This document shows positions 36,190-44,841 of a stretch of DNA of 44,841 nucleotides, piece after piece. Location: the IMG/VR virus record IMGVR_UViG_3300037408_000662, positions 1-44,841 of that record; one strand, given 5' to 3'. The DNA comes from a virus (taxonomy: Duplodnaviria; Caudoviricetes). Both the position numbers and the translations under genes were made by a program. Within the stretch, counting starts at the first letter, position 1, and the number at the start of each line of letters is the position of its first letter. The notes beneath the pieces are model-generated. The model was not told the DNA's origin. It saw only the letters and a program-made list of their open reading frames with translations, and ran no database searches.

Positions 36190-36842
36190 GAGGGGACCGC
36201 CCGGCGGAACATCGCCCGCCACACCGCCCGCTGCCGCTCCTCGGCCGCCTCCTGCCGCGCCGCCCGGCGCACCGACGCCTCCCGCCAGACCCCCACCCAA
36301 TCGGCCCGCCGCGCGAACCGCCGCTTCAGCTTCTTCATCTCCTCCCAGTCTTCCGCGCAGATGTGCGGCCAGATGTCGACCCAGACCACGCTGTACGTCG
36401 CCCCGCGCGGGGGCCTCCACGCATGCACGTCAGCCACGACCACTTCCAGCCGGTCTCCCCAGCGCCCCTGCAAGGTCGGAGCGACCAGGTCCACGATGTC
36501 CTGCGACCGCTCGATCACCGTGACCCGCGTCACCTCGGGCACCGCCAACAGCGCCTCCGTGACCAGGCCCAGGCCCAGCCCGACCACCAGGCAGTGCCCA
36601 CCCATCGCCCGCGCCCGTCGGATCGGGGGGATGTGGTCGCGCTCCTCGCTCGGCGTGTTGCTCATCCACAACGTCCCCCGCTCGTAGAGGCCCACGTATG
36701 TCCCCGACGGCACCGCATCCACCGACGACCCCCACGACTGTATTCGACTGAGATCCGCCTCCGTGGCACTCACGGTGAAGCGCTCCACGCGCGCCGATCC
36801 AACCTGGCCGTCTGGAACCATGCACGGTTGAAACCAGTCCAT
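36186..36842 (-). CDS. Class I SAM-dependent methyltransferase, spermidine-synthase-like
   Basis: WMSNTP.E, LVVGLGLG, VTVIE, ADV and VDIW motifs. Confidence 0.75.
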   Translation of the reverse strand: MDWFQPCMVPDGQVGSARVERFTVSATEADLSRIQSWGSSVDAVPSGTYVGLYERGTLWMSNTPSEERDHIPPIRRARAMGGHCLVVGLGLGLVTEALLAVPEVTRVTVIERSQDIVDLVAPTLQGRWGDRLEVVVADVHAWRPPRGATYSVVWVDIWPHICAEDWEEMKKLKRRFARRADWVGVWREASVRRAARQEAAEERQRAVWRAMFRRAVPS

Positions 36843-36888
36843 TTTTGAATCCTCGTTTCCCCTGACATCTCGCCAGGTATCTCCAGCA

Positions 36889-36964
36889 TATTTAACGCCA
36901 TCTTCGGCGTTCGTCAATAAAAACTAACAGCCCTGGCAATACCCAGAAGGAATACGTTTGTCAA
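36889..36964 (-). promoter_or_regulatory. Tandem sigma70-like promoters
   Basis: TTGACA(AAC)-17-TATTGC and TTGACG(AAC)-17-TAAATA in an AT-rich gap. Confidence 0.55.
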
Positions 36965-36977
36965 CGGAAAAGTCCGT

Positions 36978-37436
36978 CTAGCGATCTCGTCCTGCCGGAC
37001 GTGCTCCCAGGCGCTCCCCAATCGCCGACAGTTGCGACTTCTGCTCGTTCAACTTGTCGTCAATAGCCTCCACCTTGATCACCAGCCGCCCCTGCTGCTC
37101 AGACATGCCCTGCACCGTCGACTGCATGACCCGCTGCTCGGACTCCAACCGCGCCCGGCGATCCATCTCCGCCCGCAATACCGACTCCTGCTCGTCCTGC
37201 CGCTGCGTCATCGACTGGACGCTCACGTACAGCGCCCCCGCCGTGAAGATGATCGGGATGACCCACAGTACGATGCGCACCCATGACTCCCGACTGATCG
37301 CGGTGAACACCGACGGCCGCCGGTACGGATCATGCTGCCACTGCTGGTACTGAGGCCCATACGCTGGCATCTGCGGCAGCCGGTTGACCCCCGTGTAGTC
37401 CTCTACCGGACTAATCGGCGTATGATCTCCAGGCAT
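36978..37436 (-). CDS. Single-TM plus coiled-coil membrane protein (holin/XhlA-like topology)
   Basis: IVLWVIPIIFTAGALYV helix then heptads; GGAGGA RBS. Confidence 0.5.
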   Translation of the reverse strand: MPGDHTPISPVEDYTGVNRLPQMPAYGPQYQQWQHDPYRRPSVFTAISRESWVRIVLWVIPIIFTAGALYVSVQSMTQRQDEQESVLRAEMDRRARLESEQRVMQSTVQGMSEQQGRLVIKVEAIDDKLNEQKSQLSAIGERLGARPAGRDR

Positions 37437-37564
37437 GGCGTCCTCCTGATCCCATGGTGATGTTCAGCGCGTCATCTAGCAACATGCCGACCGGATTGCT
37501 TCCCATCAAGTTGTATCGGTAAACTGTAGCCAGCGCAACAAGGAGCCGCGCCAACAGGGATGAC

Positions 37565-38410
37565 TCAGTGGGCTACAGCAATGGGTGACTCAGATGTTGT
37601 CTCTGCCTCATTTTCATCATCAGCATCGGCCAGATTGTCTAGTGTGTCTTCACCATAAACAACCGTCGGCTTATCGCGTTCGTCAATCGCGATCAGCTTC
37701 AGACCAACCGTCGTCTCGATCTTCGCCAGGTACTCATTCACCGTGCGAATGCCACCGTTCGACGCCAGGAAGTCCGTCGCGATCAAATCCCAGAGATACG
37801 CCTTGCGATCTTTGGTCTGCTCGCACTCCGCGATCTTGGCCGCCCGCTCTTCGGCGCGTTCCATGTTCGCTCGCTGCGCTGGATTCGGACGCCCTAACGT
37901 AAAGGTCGGCTGGCGTTCGCTCCCTGCATCCGCGCCCTTCCCATCCGGGTCTTCCGCCGCATCAAGTGCGTTCTGATGCAACATCTCATCTAGCTTCGCA
38001 GTCGGGCAGTCCGTACCGATACGTGCCTTCCACTCTGCCGCGTTCTCCGCCGTCACGATGCCGACCAGCATGCGGGCCTTCCGCCAGCCCAGCTTGCGAA
38101 TCCAGGTCTGCACGTTCTTCGGCAGCTTGTTCAGCCACTCCTGCGTGCGGATCAGGAACTGCGCCTTGCGCATCGAGATGTCCAGCTCGCCCGTCACGTA
38201 ATCCGTCCACGTCACGAACCCCCATTCCTTGTAGTAGGCGTTGTTGTAGACCAGGATCAGGGTGTCCGCCAACGCCCAGGCGTCGTCCTCGCTACGGTCA
38301 CGCAATTCCAAGACTTGTTTGCGTATCTCCGCATGACTTACTGCGCCGTCTTCCGGGCTTTGATCCGGTCCGAGTACGACGAGCCCGTGGTTTTTCTTCT
38401 CCTCCGACAT
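37565..38410 (-). CDS. Putative DNA-binding protein (DUF3102-like helical N-domain)
   Basis: Y..WGF.TW.DYV..EL.IS.RKAQ.LI; GGAGG RBS. Confidence 0.5.
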   Translation of the reverse strand: MSEEKKNHGLVVLGPDQSPEDGAVSHAEIRKQVLELRDRSEDDAWALADTLILVYNNAYYKEWGFVTWTDYVTGELDISMRKAQFLIRTQEWLNKLPKNVQTWIRKLGWRKARMLVGIVTAENAAEWKARIGTDCPTAKLDEMLHQNALDAAEDPDGKGADAGSERQPTFTLGRPNPAQRANMERAEERAAKIAECEQTKDRKAYLWDLIATDFLASNGGIRTVNEYLAKIETTVGLKLIAIDERDKPTVVYGEDTLDNLADADDENEAETTSESPIAVAH

Positions 38411-38903
38411 TGAAAGTCCTCCTTCGCAGCGCCTCTGCCATCACATAGGCGTCTGCAATATTGTGATCACCGAACACTAACCCGCGCGCTGCAAGCGCCG
38501 GGATGATCAACTTCTTCTTGATGTTTCCCTTGCCCAGGACCAACTTGCGCGCCGTCGACGACCCAATCAACACCGGCTCGATGCCGAAGGCCATCCACAA
38601 CTGCATCTTCACCACCCCGTTGATCTCACCCAGATCAGCAATCGCCCCATGCTGATGGAACGCAAAATTCTCAATCGCCACGTGCCATGCCACTGCCCCC
38701 TGCGCTGCCACCGCGTCCACGATGGCCTTCGCAATCGTAATGAGTCGCTCGATCTTGTTCCGCACGGATGCGCTGCGCTCCAAATCCACACCAATCACCT
38801 GCTGAAACAGCATGCTCCCCGCCTCATCGAGGATAACGATGCCAGCGCCACGCAACGAAAGATCCAGCCCCATAAACCTGACTGGCTTTCCTTCTTCCAT
38901 CAC
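38298..38903 (-). CDS. RuvC-like Holliday junction resolvase
   Basis: FMGLDLS, VAIE, GE.NG, RK..LGKG..KK and HNIADA motifs. Confidence 0.8.
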   Translation of the reverse strand: MMEEGKPVRFMGLDLSLRGAGIVILDEAGSMLFQQVIGVDLERSASVRNKIERLITIAKAIVDAVAAQGAVAWHVAIENFAFHQHGAIADLGEINGVVKMQLWMAFGIEPVLIGSSTARKLVLGKGNIKKKLIIPALAARGLVFGDHNIADAYVMAEALRRRTFNVGGEEKPRARRTRTGSKPGRRRSKSCGDTQTSLGIA

Positions 38904-39796
38904 TTCGGCTCAGTCTTCGCCAGCGCAAAGCAGACGTCCTTGCATGCGCACTTGCGTGCCCGAGGATCGCTCTTGATACGGCACGTCAACGGCTTCGCCG
39001 GGATCACCTTGTCCGACTTAGCTGCCCGCATCGCCTCCATGCACTCCACCAACAGCGTCCGTATCCCCGCGATGGCTGTCTCATCCCGCGCGACGACGTG
39101 CTCGGCAATGCTCTCCCGCAACGTCGTGCCGCCCTTGGTCACGTAGATGATCCGCGCAAAATTCAACCCACTCATCCACATGTACGCCTGCACCTGGAGC
39201 AGGTGGGCCGCTATGGGACGCCCACCCACGCCGGGATTCACGTTGCTGAATAGATCTCCCCGGATCGACTTTACCTCCAACACCTCATGAGGAGCGTCCG
39301 GCCAGGCCAGCACTCCATCCCACTTGCCGACCAGCTTCACCTCTGGAATGCGCCCCTTGGACTCCCAGAAGGTCCAGTAGTCACCCTCTGGCTTCGGCCC
39401 CCAGCCACGCTCGGTGTATGGCCCCTTGGTCGCCCCATCCACGCACTCTAACCGCCCTTCGATCTCGCGCTTCCAACTGCCCTGGAAGACATCAGGAATC
39501 GCCGCCGGAAGTAGCTCGTTCTGGAAGGAGTTGTGAAGCGCAGTTCCATTCGCAAACGTGAACAGCGTCTCGGCATCAACCTCTTCTCTCATGGCGGCAT
39601 GACCACAAACGGCCATAGCATACAACCGAGGGCACAAGGTATGGATGTCCGATACCGAGAACCACACGTCATCCTTCGAAACATCAACGTAAGGTCGCCC
39701 CGGACGCTTCATTTTCGCAACCATAAGATCCAACACACGTGTCGTGATCTCGCCCGACAGCGACACCGTAGCCGCCTGCATAATGTTGCCGATCAT
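38900..39796 (-). CDS. Cas4/RecB-like PD-(D/E)XK exonuclease
   Basis: SVS....CPR, GTALH, GKWDG, EVKS, QVQAY, C-terminal C...C.C...C; GGAGG RBS before ATG 39796. Confidence 0.8.
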   Translation of the reverse strand: MIGNIMQAATVSLSGEITTRVLDLMVAKMKRPGRPYVDVSKDDVWFSVSDIHTLCPRLYAMAVCGHAAMREEVDAETLFTFANGTALHNSFQNELLPAAIPDVFQGSWKREIEGRLECVDGATKGPYTERGWGPKPEGDYWTFWESKGRIPEVKLVGKWDGVLAWPDAPHEVLEVKSIRGDLFSNVNPGVGGRPIAAHLLQVQAYMWMSGLNFARIIYVTKGGTTLRESIAEHVVARDETAIAGIRTLLVECMEAMRAAKSDKVIPAKPLTCRIKSDPRARKCACKDVCFALAKTEPK

Positions 39797-39812
39797 GTGT
39801 ACCTCCTGCCGC

Positions 39813-39841
39813 GTTTTACAAGCAGCGGGGGTGTTTGTCAA
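39813..39841 (-). promoter_or_regulatory. Sigma70-like promoter
   Basis: TTGACA(AAC)-17-TAAAAC. Confidence 0.6.
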
Positions 39842-40245
39842 CCGACTTCAATTTGCTCGATTTCCTGCGATTGACGCGGGGCAAGTGCCTCTTGATCGCG
39901 CTCCAGTTCCTCTACGCGAAACTGTAGCCGAAAGAGCGGAGCGTTCACGTTCGCCCCCTTGTAGAGCACATTGGTGAAATGCTGCTCCCAGGCGTGGACA
40001 TTGGGGAACCCATCCATCTGCGCGTACTTGTCACTGTGACGCATCTGGTCAAACGTCACCGGGCGCACCGACATGATCACACCCACCGCGAACGGCACCT
40101 CGCCATCGTTTGGGCTGAGGTATTTCGAGGTGAGCACAATCCGACTGCCGACCTCGTGCGGGCACCCGCTCGGGTACGCACGCGTCACGCTCATCGCCAT
40201 GCCCTCTTGGATTTGCTTCGTCTCGTACCGAGTGCAACTGAACAT
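39838..40245 (-). CDS. ASCH-domain protein
   Basis: TR....VG..I, AQMDGF...F...Y and FR motifs. Confidence 0.65.
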   Translation of the reverse strand: MFSCTRYETKQIQEGMAMSVTRAYPSGCPHEVGSRIVLTSKYLSPNDGEVPFAVGVIMSVRPVTFDQMRHSDKYAQMDGFPNVHAWEQHFTNVLYKGANVNAPLFRLQFRVEELERDQEALAPRQSQEIEQIEVG

Positions 40246-40263
40246 CTTTGTCCTCCATTCAAC

Positions 40264-40283
40264 ACGCGAACCCAGGTTCGCGT
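40264..40283. repeat. Palindrome copy before an RBS
   Basis: ACGCGAACCCAGGTTCGCGT, then GTTGAATGGAGG and ATG 40245 on the minus strand. Confidence 0.75.
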
Positions 40284-40335
40284 CACAGCTCAGGCATCCT
40301 AACTCACCGCCAGACCGAACGCCAGATCAACTGCC

Positions 40336-40617
40336 CTATTCCATGCCGAAGACGCAGTATCCAGGGGCCAGACCAGGAACGCCATCGGCAGATCGCAGGA
40401 CATAGGTGATGCGCCCGACCCACTCGCGGCCCGTATAGCGCGAATCGTCCTGCCCGAGGATACCTTCAGAGCATCGAACAGAACATGGATGGAACTCCCG
40501 CAGCAATACTCCATCCCCCGGCGCGTACCCTCTGTCGTCCCAGCGGATCTCGAACCGCTTGCCCCGCGACAGCACGTCTTCGAAATAGATGGGCCAACAC
40601 TTCAGCTCGTGCATCAT
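40336..40617 (-). CDS. DUF3850 (ASCH/PUA-like) protein
   Basis: HELKCWP.YF..V..GKRFEIR.DDRGY..GD..LLRE...YTGR...ITY. Confidence 0.8.
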   Translation of the reverse strand: MMHELKCWPIYFEDVLSRGKRFEIRWDDRGYAPGDGVLLREFHPCSVRCSEGILGQDDSRYTGREWVGRITYVLRSADGVPGLAPGYCVFGME

Positions 40618-40874
40618 CCTTCTACTCCTATCATCGCGTTCAGCATATGGACCACGTCGTTGTCCAGACCGTAGTTGTCTTCGCAGAGCCCCTTGATCGA
40701 CCGTAGGCGCAACACGACATGGCAGGCCACCTCCGCCGCGCTCTCGGCGGCGTCCTTCTCAAACGCCTCCATGGCCGCCTCGTTGCACATCACGGACGCC
40801 GGGGGATCACTGTAGGCCCCCATGAACTCCCGCGAAAACACGCTGGCCCAGACCATCTTTTCGCCTGATGTCAT
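40614..40874 (-). CDS. Hypothetical protein
   Basis: Overlapping stop/start coupling. Confidence 0.5.
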   Translation of the reverse strand: MTSGEKMVWASVFSREFMGAYSDPPASVMCNEAAMEAFEKDAAESAAEVACHVVLRLRSIKGLCEDNYGLDNDVVHMLNAMIGVEG

Positions 40875-41101
40875 CACATCCCCAACTGCCCACTGAATAA
40901 CGCCCAACGTGGATCTCCCTCTTGCAAGCGCACCACACGCAGGTCCGTGTCAGAAAGGTCGCTGTCCTCGCACGTCACGACCTCGTACACGTACCCCTCG
41001 ATCAGTGGCGTCGAATCGCCCACCTCTAGGTCACATCGAGGAATTCGGATCTTGGCCCCTCCGCGCATCACATCGAGTCTGTCGCTGCTCATGCACGCCA
41101 T
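40874..41101 (-). CDS. Small hypothetical protein
   Basis: AGGAG RBS; TAATG coupling. Confidence 0.5.
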   Translation of the reverse strand: MACMSSDRLDVMRGGAKIRIPRCDLEVGDSTPLIEGYVYEVVTCEDSDLSDTDLRVVRLQEGDPRWALFSGQLGM

Positions 41102-41421
41102 TACCACACTCCTTTCGGTGGAAACGCCTGCGCGCTGACCAGATCGTCGTCGTGCTCCATGTCCCAATGCGAAGCGACAACCCAGCAGCCATGCCGCTCC
41201 GCTATGCACATGGCCAGATCCCGCACCACCCGCCACGACAACCCGATGAACACGCCTGACATGATAATGGCCGATCCATGTTTCCCGCGCAACAATCGCG
41301 ACATGACCGCATCTCCGTGCCACCGTTTGGCCGGAGCGAACGACAATATCGTCGCCGCGATCTCGCGCACCCGTACGCCACTCCCGTCCATCACTAGCGA
41401 GACAACTGCTCGACAACACAT
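41101..41421 (-). CDS. Hypothetical protein
   Basis: Fills the gap; start uncertain. Confidence 0.4.
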   Translation of the reverse strand: MCCRAVVSLVMDGSGVRVREIAATILSFAPAKRWHGDAVMSRLLRGKHGSAIIMSGVFIGLSWRVVRDLAMCIAERHGCWVVASHWDMEHDDDLVSAQAFPPKGVW

Positions 41422-41433
41422 GGTCGTGTGCCG

Positions 41434-42045
41434 TCACAGGTCCGTGCGCGGCCAAACCTCGGCTGGCAACACCCCGCGCTGGCGCATGAAGATCAATGCC
41501 TGCTGCACCACAGGACACGTGATGTGCCCTTGGAGCAACTCGTTCCGCTCGTTATCGAAGACGCGATAGGCCAATTCCACACCGCCATTCCCGCACCCAT
41601 AGTTCGTCCCGATCTTCGCTGCTAAGTCCTTGATGTCCAACCAGTCCCCCGCGTACCAGTACCGCAGCGCGATGTTGGCGCGATACGCCTGCGCCTCGTA
41701 CATCGCTCGCCACATTGGCTGGGTCGCGTACCGCCACATGAAGCGCCAACTCCACGCCCGCACATGGACGTGTTCGTGCACACACAGCGCCGCCTCCCAC
41801 AGGAGGTTGCGTACGGCCCCGTCACGATCCGGCACGTAAATGGTGCGCCCCACCGTCGTCGCAAAGCGATTCAAGAAGCGCTGGCGCGGCATGACCTTGG
41901 TCAGGGCCAACACCAGGGCGACGATCCGCATGAGCCACGATGTCTGCTTGCGTCTCCGCCGCGTGCGATATGTATTCCGTAACTCCACCCAGAGCATGTC
42001 GACCAGGGCTGCATCGATCCGCCGCCCGCCGTCGCTGTCGTCCAT
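41434..42045 (-). CDS. Putative zinc metallopeptidase (HExxH)
   Basis: ATTVGRTIY, VHEHVHV and YEAQAY (gluzincin-like); GGAGG RBS. Confidence 0.6.
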   Translation of the reverse strand: MDDSDGGRRIDAALVDMLWVELRNTYRTRRRRKQTSWLMRIVALVLALTKVMPRQRFLNRFATTVGRTIYVPDRDGAVRNLLWEAALCVHEHVHVRAWSWRFMWRYATQPMWRAMYEAQAYRANIALRYWYAGDWLDIKDLAAKIGTNYGCGNGGVELAYRVFDNERNELLQGHITCPVVQQALIFMRQRGVLPAEVWPRTDL

Positions 42046-42055
42046 CGCGCGCCTC

Positions 42056-42271
42056 CTACGTGATCACCGATGCGCTCGGCAGCGTCACATGGACCTGCGG
42101 ATCGGCGTCGATGACAGTCACCACCACGACGCCATTCTCTACCGAAACGCTCCCTCCTTCCACTCTTTTGGGAACCGTCATACCTCTCTTCAGCGCAAAA
42201 TCTAACACCGCCTCCAACGCCTCCGGCGCCGTCAACCGATACACAACCGCCGCTCGCGAATCCGCCATCAT
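42056..42271 (-). CDS. Small hypothetical protein
   Basis: GAGG RBS; ATGA coupling. Confidence 0.5.
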   Translation of the reverse strand: MMADSRAAVVYRLTAPEALEAVLDFALKRGMTVPKRVEGGSVSVENGVVVVTVIDADPQVHVTLPSASVIT

Positions 42272-42747
42272 GTTACCTCTTCTCCAAACACCATGTGCAG
42301 GACATGGCAGGCTGAGCACGCCGCCTCATCATCTGGACCGCGTCCGCCGCAACTACACCACTCGTTCACCGCCAACCGTACCCGCCGCGCCAACCCATCA
42401 CGCTGCGCCTCTACTGCTCGCATGGGATGCTTGGCGCAGGTCATGACGTGCGCGATCACACGTCCCTTGGTGTCCGGCTTGTCTTCCTCGAACTTCGCCC
42501 CACAAGCAACGCAGTAGGTCGATCCATACATGTCCTGCCGTGCCGCATTGGCATCCGCCAACTGGTCTTCCAGTTCGGCGATCCGCCTTCTCAGCACGTC
42601 TTTTTCCTCGTTAGAATCGGCAATCATGGCCTTCCACTCGAAACATTCCTCGCAATACGGCCCACTATCTCCCACGTACAGCGAGTCCTCGCACTGACCC
42701 GCTTTACCAGTGGGCTCATCACATTCGATGCACCGCTCAATCTCCAT
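42268..42747 (-). CDS. Multi-Zn-finger coiled-coil protein
   Basis: CIEC/CEEC, TYCVACG..HVMTCAKHPMRAVE, WCSCGGRGPDD..CSAC. Confidence 0.6.
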   Translation of the reverse strand: MEIERCIECDEPTGKAGQCEDSLYVGDSGPYCEECFEWKAMIADSNEEKDVLRRRIAELEDQLADANAARQDMYGSTYCVACGAKFEEDKPDTKGRVIAHVMTCAKHPMRAVEAQRDGLARRVRLAVNEWCSCGGRGPDDEAACSACHVLHMVFGEEVT

Positions 42748-43717
42748 TGCCGTGCTCCTTCTTGAGCCGCGCTACTTCAGCAACTAACGCCTCGACTTCC
42801 GTCGCATCATCCCTTGCCGGTTCACCGGATGGCAATCGCTCCCGCACTGTCTCAAGTGCCCTGCTCATCCGCATGAACTGCTCCGTGATCATCGTATGCC
42901 ACTCAGAATGTTCAATCCTAAGCCGCTCTAGTTCAGCGCCAAGCTCGCTCGCCCGCTTGCGTTCTGCGTCGCATTGATCACGGAACATCACTGCCTTCTG
43001 CTCCATCCAGCCCTTGGCAACGCGCATCTCCTCTAGCTGCTGCTCCACCGCGCGCATGGGGTGCTTGGGGCAGACCTGGATGTGATTGCCGATCTGCTCG
43101 CAGGAATCCGGCGCGTCCAATGGAAAGCGCTCCCCGCAGTACGCGCAGTAGGTCTCTCCCTTGAGTCGGGCAATCTCGGTATCTAGTTCGGCAATGCGAC
43201 TTGTCAGTCTATCCACCTCATTACAGGTCACGCCATGCGCGCACGGATGGTACTCGCTCCGCTGATACCCGATCTCCTCCAGTTCGGCCACCCGCGCCAG
43301 CAGTGCATCCCGCTCAGTGGAATTGCTTTTGATCCTCTCCACCTCGGCCTTTAAGTGATGACACTTAGCGCCCCACTCCCCTGCGGTAACTTGCCAAGCA
43401 CCAATGCTTTCCATAGCGGATTGCTTTTCTGCCTGTAGTTCTTCCTTGAGCCTCTCCACCTCAACCTCGGCACGCTTCGCCCGCTCGGCCAACAGCGGGA
43501 TGCCATCGGTCAGCCACGCCTGGCCCAGCCCCGGCTTCGGGCAGTGCTCCTGCGCCAACGCCACCGCCCGGTTCCACTCCCCCTTGAGGCATTCGTAGTT
43601 GGACTTCTCCACGTCCAGCTCGAACTTCAGTCGCGCCACCTGCTCTTCCCACGCATGCTCGCGACAGGCGCATCCATCATGATGGTGCTTGCACTCTTTC
43701 CACCGTTCGTCAGCCAT
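42737..43717 (-). CDS. Coiled-coil protein with C2HC Zn finger
   Basis: TYCAYCG..HIQVCPKHPMRAVE; GGAG RBS. Confidence 0.6.
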   Translation of the reverse strand: MADERWKECKHHHDGCACREHAWEEQVARLKFELDVEKSNYECLKGEWNRAVALAQEHCPKPGLGQAWLTDGIPLLAERAKRAEVEVERLKEELQAEKQSAMESIGAWQVTAGEWGAKCHHLKAEVERIKSNSTERDALLARVAELEEIGYQRSEYHPCAHGVTCNEVDRLTSRIAELDTEIARLKGETYCAYCGERFPLDAPDSCEQIGNHIQVCPKHPMRAVEQQLEEMRVAKGWMEQKAVMFRDQCDAERKRASELGAELERLRIEHSEWHTMITEQFMRMSRALETVRERLPSGEPARDDATEVEALVAEVARLKKEHGNGD

Positions 43718-44687
43718 CCTTCGGCTCCTTCCATGCAAACCCGGCCAGGAACTTGTCCACGTCACGGTCCACCTGTTGTTTGAACGCTTCCAACGCCTGC
43801 ACCTTGGCCGATTCCCACCCCGCGAAGAGTGTCTCCAAGCGCTCCTCCACGTTCATCCCCCGCCACCGATCTTCTACATCCACCGCAGGCACCCGCTCCC
43901 GATCTAACCGCTCGTGCAGGCGATCCAGCATGCGCCGTGAGGTGCACATCTGATCCGCGCAGTGAAACCCCTCCTTAACCATCCGTATCGACGCCTGCCG
44001 CTCCGCGTCCCGCTCATCCGCCACCGCCAACAAGCGCGTGTGCGCTTCGCCCAAGCGCGTCCGATACTCGTCCCGCTCCGCAATTATCTGCACCACCCGA
44101 TCTGACAAGTCGTACTTCTTCAACGGCAAATCTGCGATCTCTTCCCCGCACAACCACTTTGTCTCTTCAAACGACTGCGAACGAATCGAGGCGCAACCCG
44201 CCATGTCCAACATGGCATGGAGATCCGCGACTTCCCGCCGAACATCATGAGTTTGATCCTTCGCCTGATCCCGCAAACGATCCCGCTCGACGACCAGCAA
44301 CCGCACCCGATCCTCCAGCGGGATCACGACCTTGGCGACCGTCCCCGCCGGGAACATGGCTAAACCCTTCTGTTCATCTTCCGTGTAGGGCCGATCCTCG
44401 GGCACACCCGCCGCGTCCAACGCCGTGCGCACCGCTGTCAGCCGCGCATCCAACCGCTCCTCATTCCTACGCAGGATCGCAATCTTCTCCAATTCCGGCC
44501 GCTCCGATAATTCCAAACAGAACACCCGCTGATCGGGCATGGTTCGAGGATCGCCGCCTGGTCCCCAGATCGCCGCCAACGTGCGATCTGCCAACCGCGT
44601 CACCACAAGCATTCGCCCGTCATCCATGACGGCATTCGCCTGCTGCCCGCATTCCAACCAACCGAACTCCAACTCATGATCGACCAC
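43710..44687 (-). CDS. Coiled-coil protein sharing its N-domain with 33848..34399
   Basis: MVDHELEFGWL...IWGP. Confidence 0.6.
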   Translation of the reverse strand: MVDHELEFGWLECGQQANAVMDDGRMLVVTRLADRTLAAIWGPGGDPRTMPDQRVFCLELSERPELEKIAILRRNEERLDARLTAVRTALDAAGVPEDRPYTEDEQKGLAMFPAGTVAKVVIPLEDRVRLLVVERDRLRDQAKDQTHDVRREVADLHAMLDMAGCASIRSQSFEETKWLCGEEIADLPLKKYDLSDRVVQIIAERDEYRTRLGEAHTRLLAVADERDAERQASIRMVKEGFHCADQMCTSRRMLDRLHERLDRERVPAVDVEDRWRGMNVEERLETLFAGWESAKVQALEAFKQQVDRDVDKFLAGFAWKEPKDG

Positions 44688-44690
44688 GGT

Positions 44691-44840
44691 TCACCGCCTT
44701 TCCATCGCCTGTCGCCAGCGATCTCCGTCGGTCCCCGGTCGCCTCGCCCAGTACCCCCACAACCACACCCCGGCATCGACCAGCGGACAGACCACGAACG
44801 GCACGCTGTACACAATGAACGCCAGCAGGATCTCGCCGGT
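44691..44840 (-). CDS. Partial membrane protein (start outside the window)
   Basis: Manual translation TGEILLAFIVYSVPFVVCPLV...AMERR*. Confidence 0.45.
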   Translation of the reverse strand, partial: TGEILLAFIVYSVPFVVCPLVDAGVWLWGYWARRPGTDGDRWRQAMERR

Positions 44841-44841
44841 C

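Noticed and set aside
1-44841. tRNA genes, integrase/transposase, reverse transcriptase (DGR/retron), alternative genetic code
   Set aside because: No cloverleaf or catalytic motifs seen by eye; conserved genes are intact in code 11; tRNAscan-SE and HMM searches would be needed to exclude these fully

Overview
This is a high-GC fragment of a large tailed-phage genome with essentially all real genes on the minus strand. From 1 to 15.3 kb it carries a T4-like head module: small and large terminase, gp20-like portal, two probable prohead-core proteins, a gp21-like protease fused to a scaffold, gp23-like major capsid protein and gp13/gp14-like neck proteins. From 17.8 to 44.8 kb it carries early/accessory genes: a SNF2/HARP helicase, a BRO protein, an amino-DNA methyltransferase, PD-(D/E)XK and RuvC-like nucleases, ASCH proteins, a SAM methyltransferase and about 50 small modular hypothetical genes. 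The standout is a self-contained operon between the two blocks (about 15.93-17.82 kb, minus strand). It runs promoter > 20-bp palindrome > RAMP/Cas7-like gene > structured leader > ~860-nt non-coding array of GGH-NN pentamers cut into 17 units by a GGCA tetramer > intrinsic terminator. This looks like a non-CRISPR RNA-guided (VIPR-like) system. Other signals are a -1 frameshift cassette in a head gene, a 7-copy palindrome matching the GAAC-N4-GTTC LexA-type box, a TTGACAAAC promoter family, a release-factor domain lacking GGQ, and a capsid-motif copy in an accessory protein. All assignments come from motifs read by eye; no searches were run.
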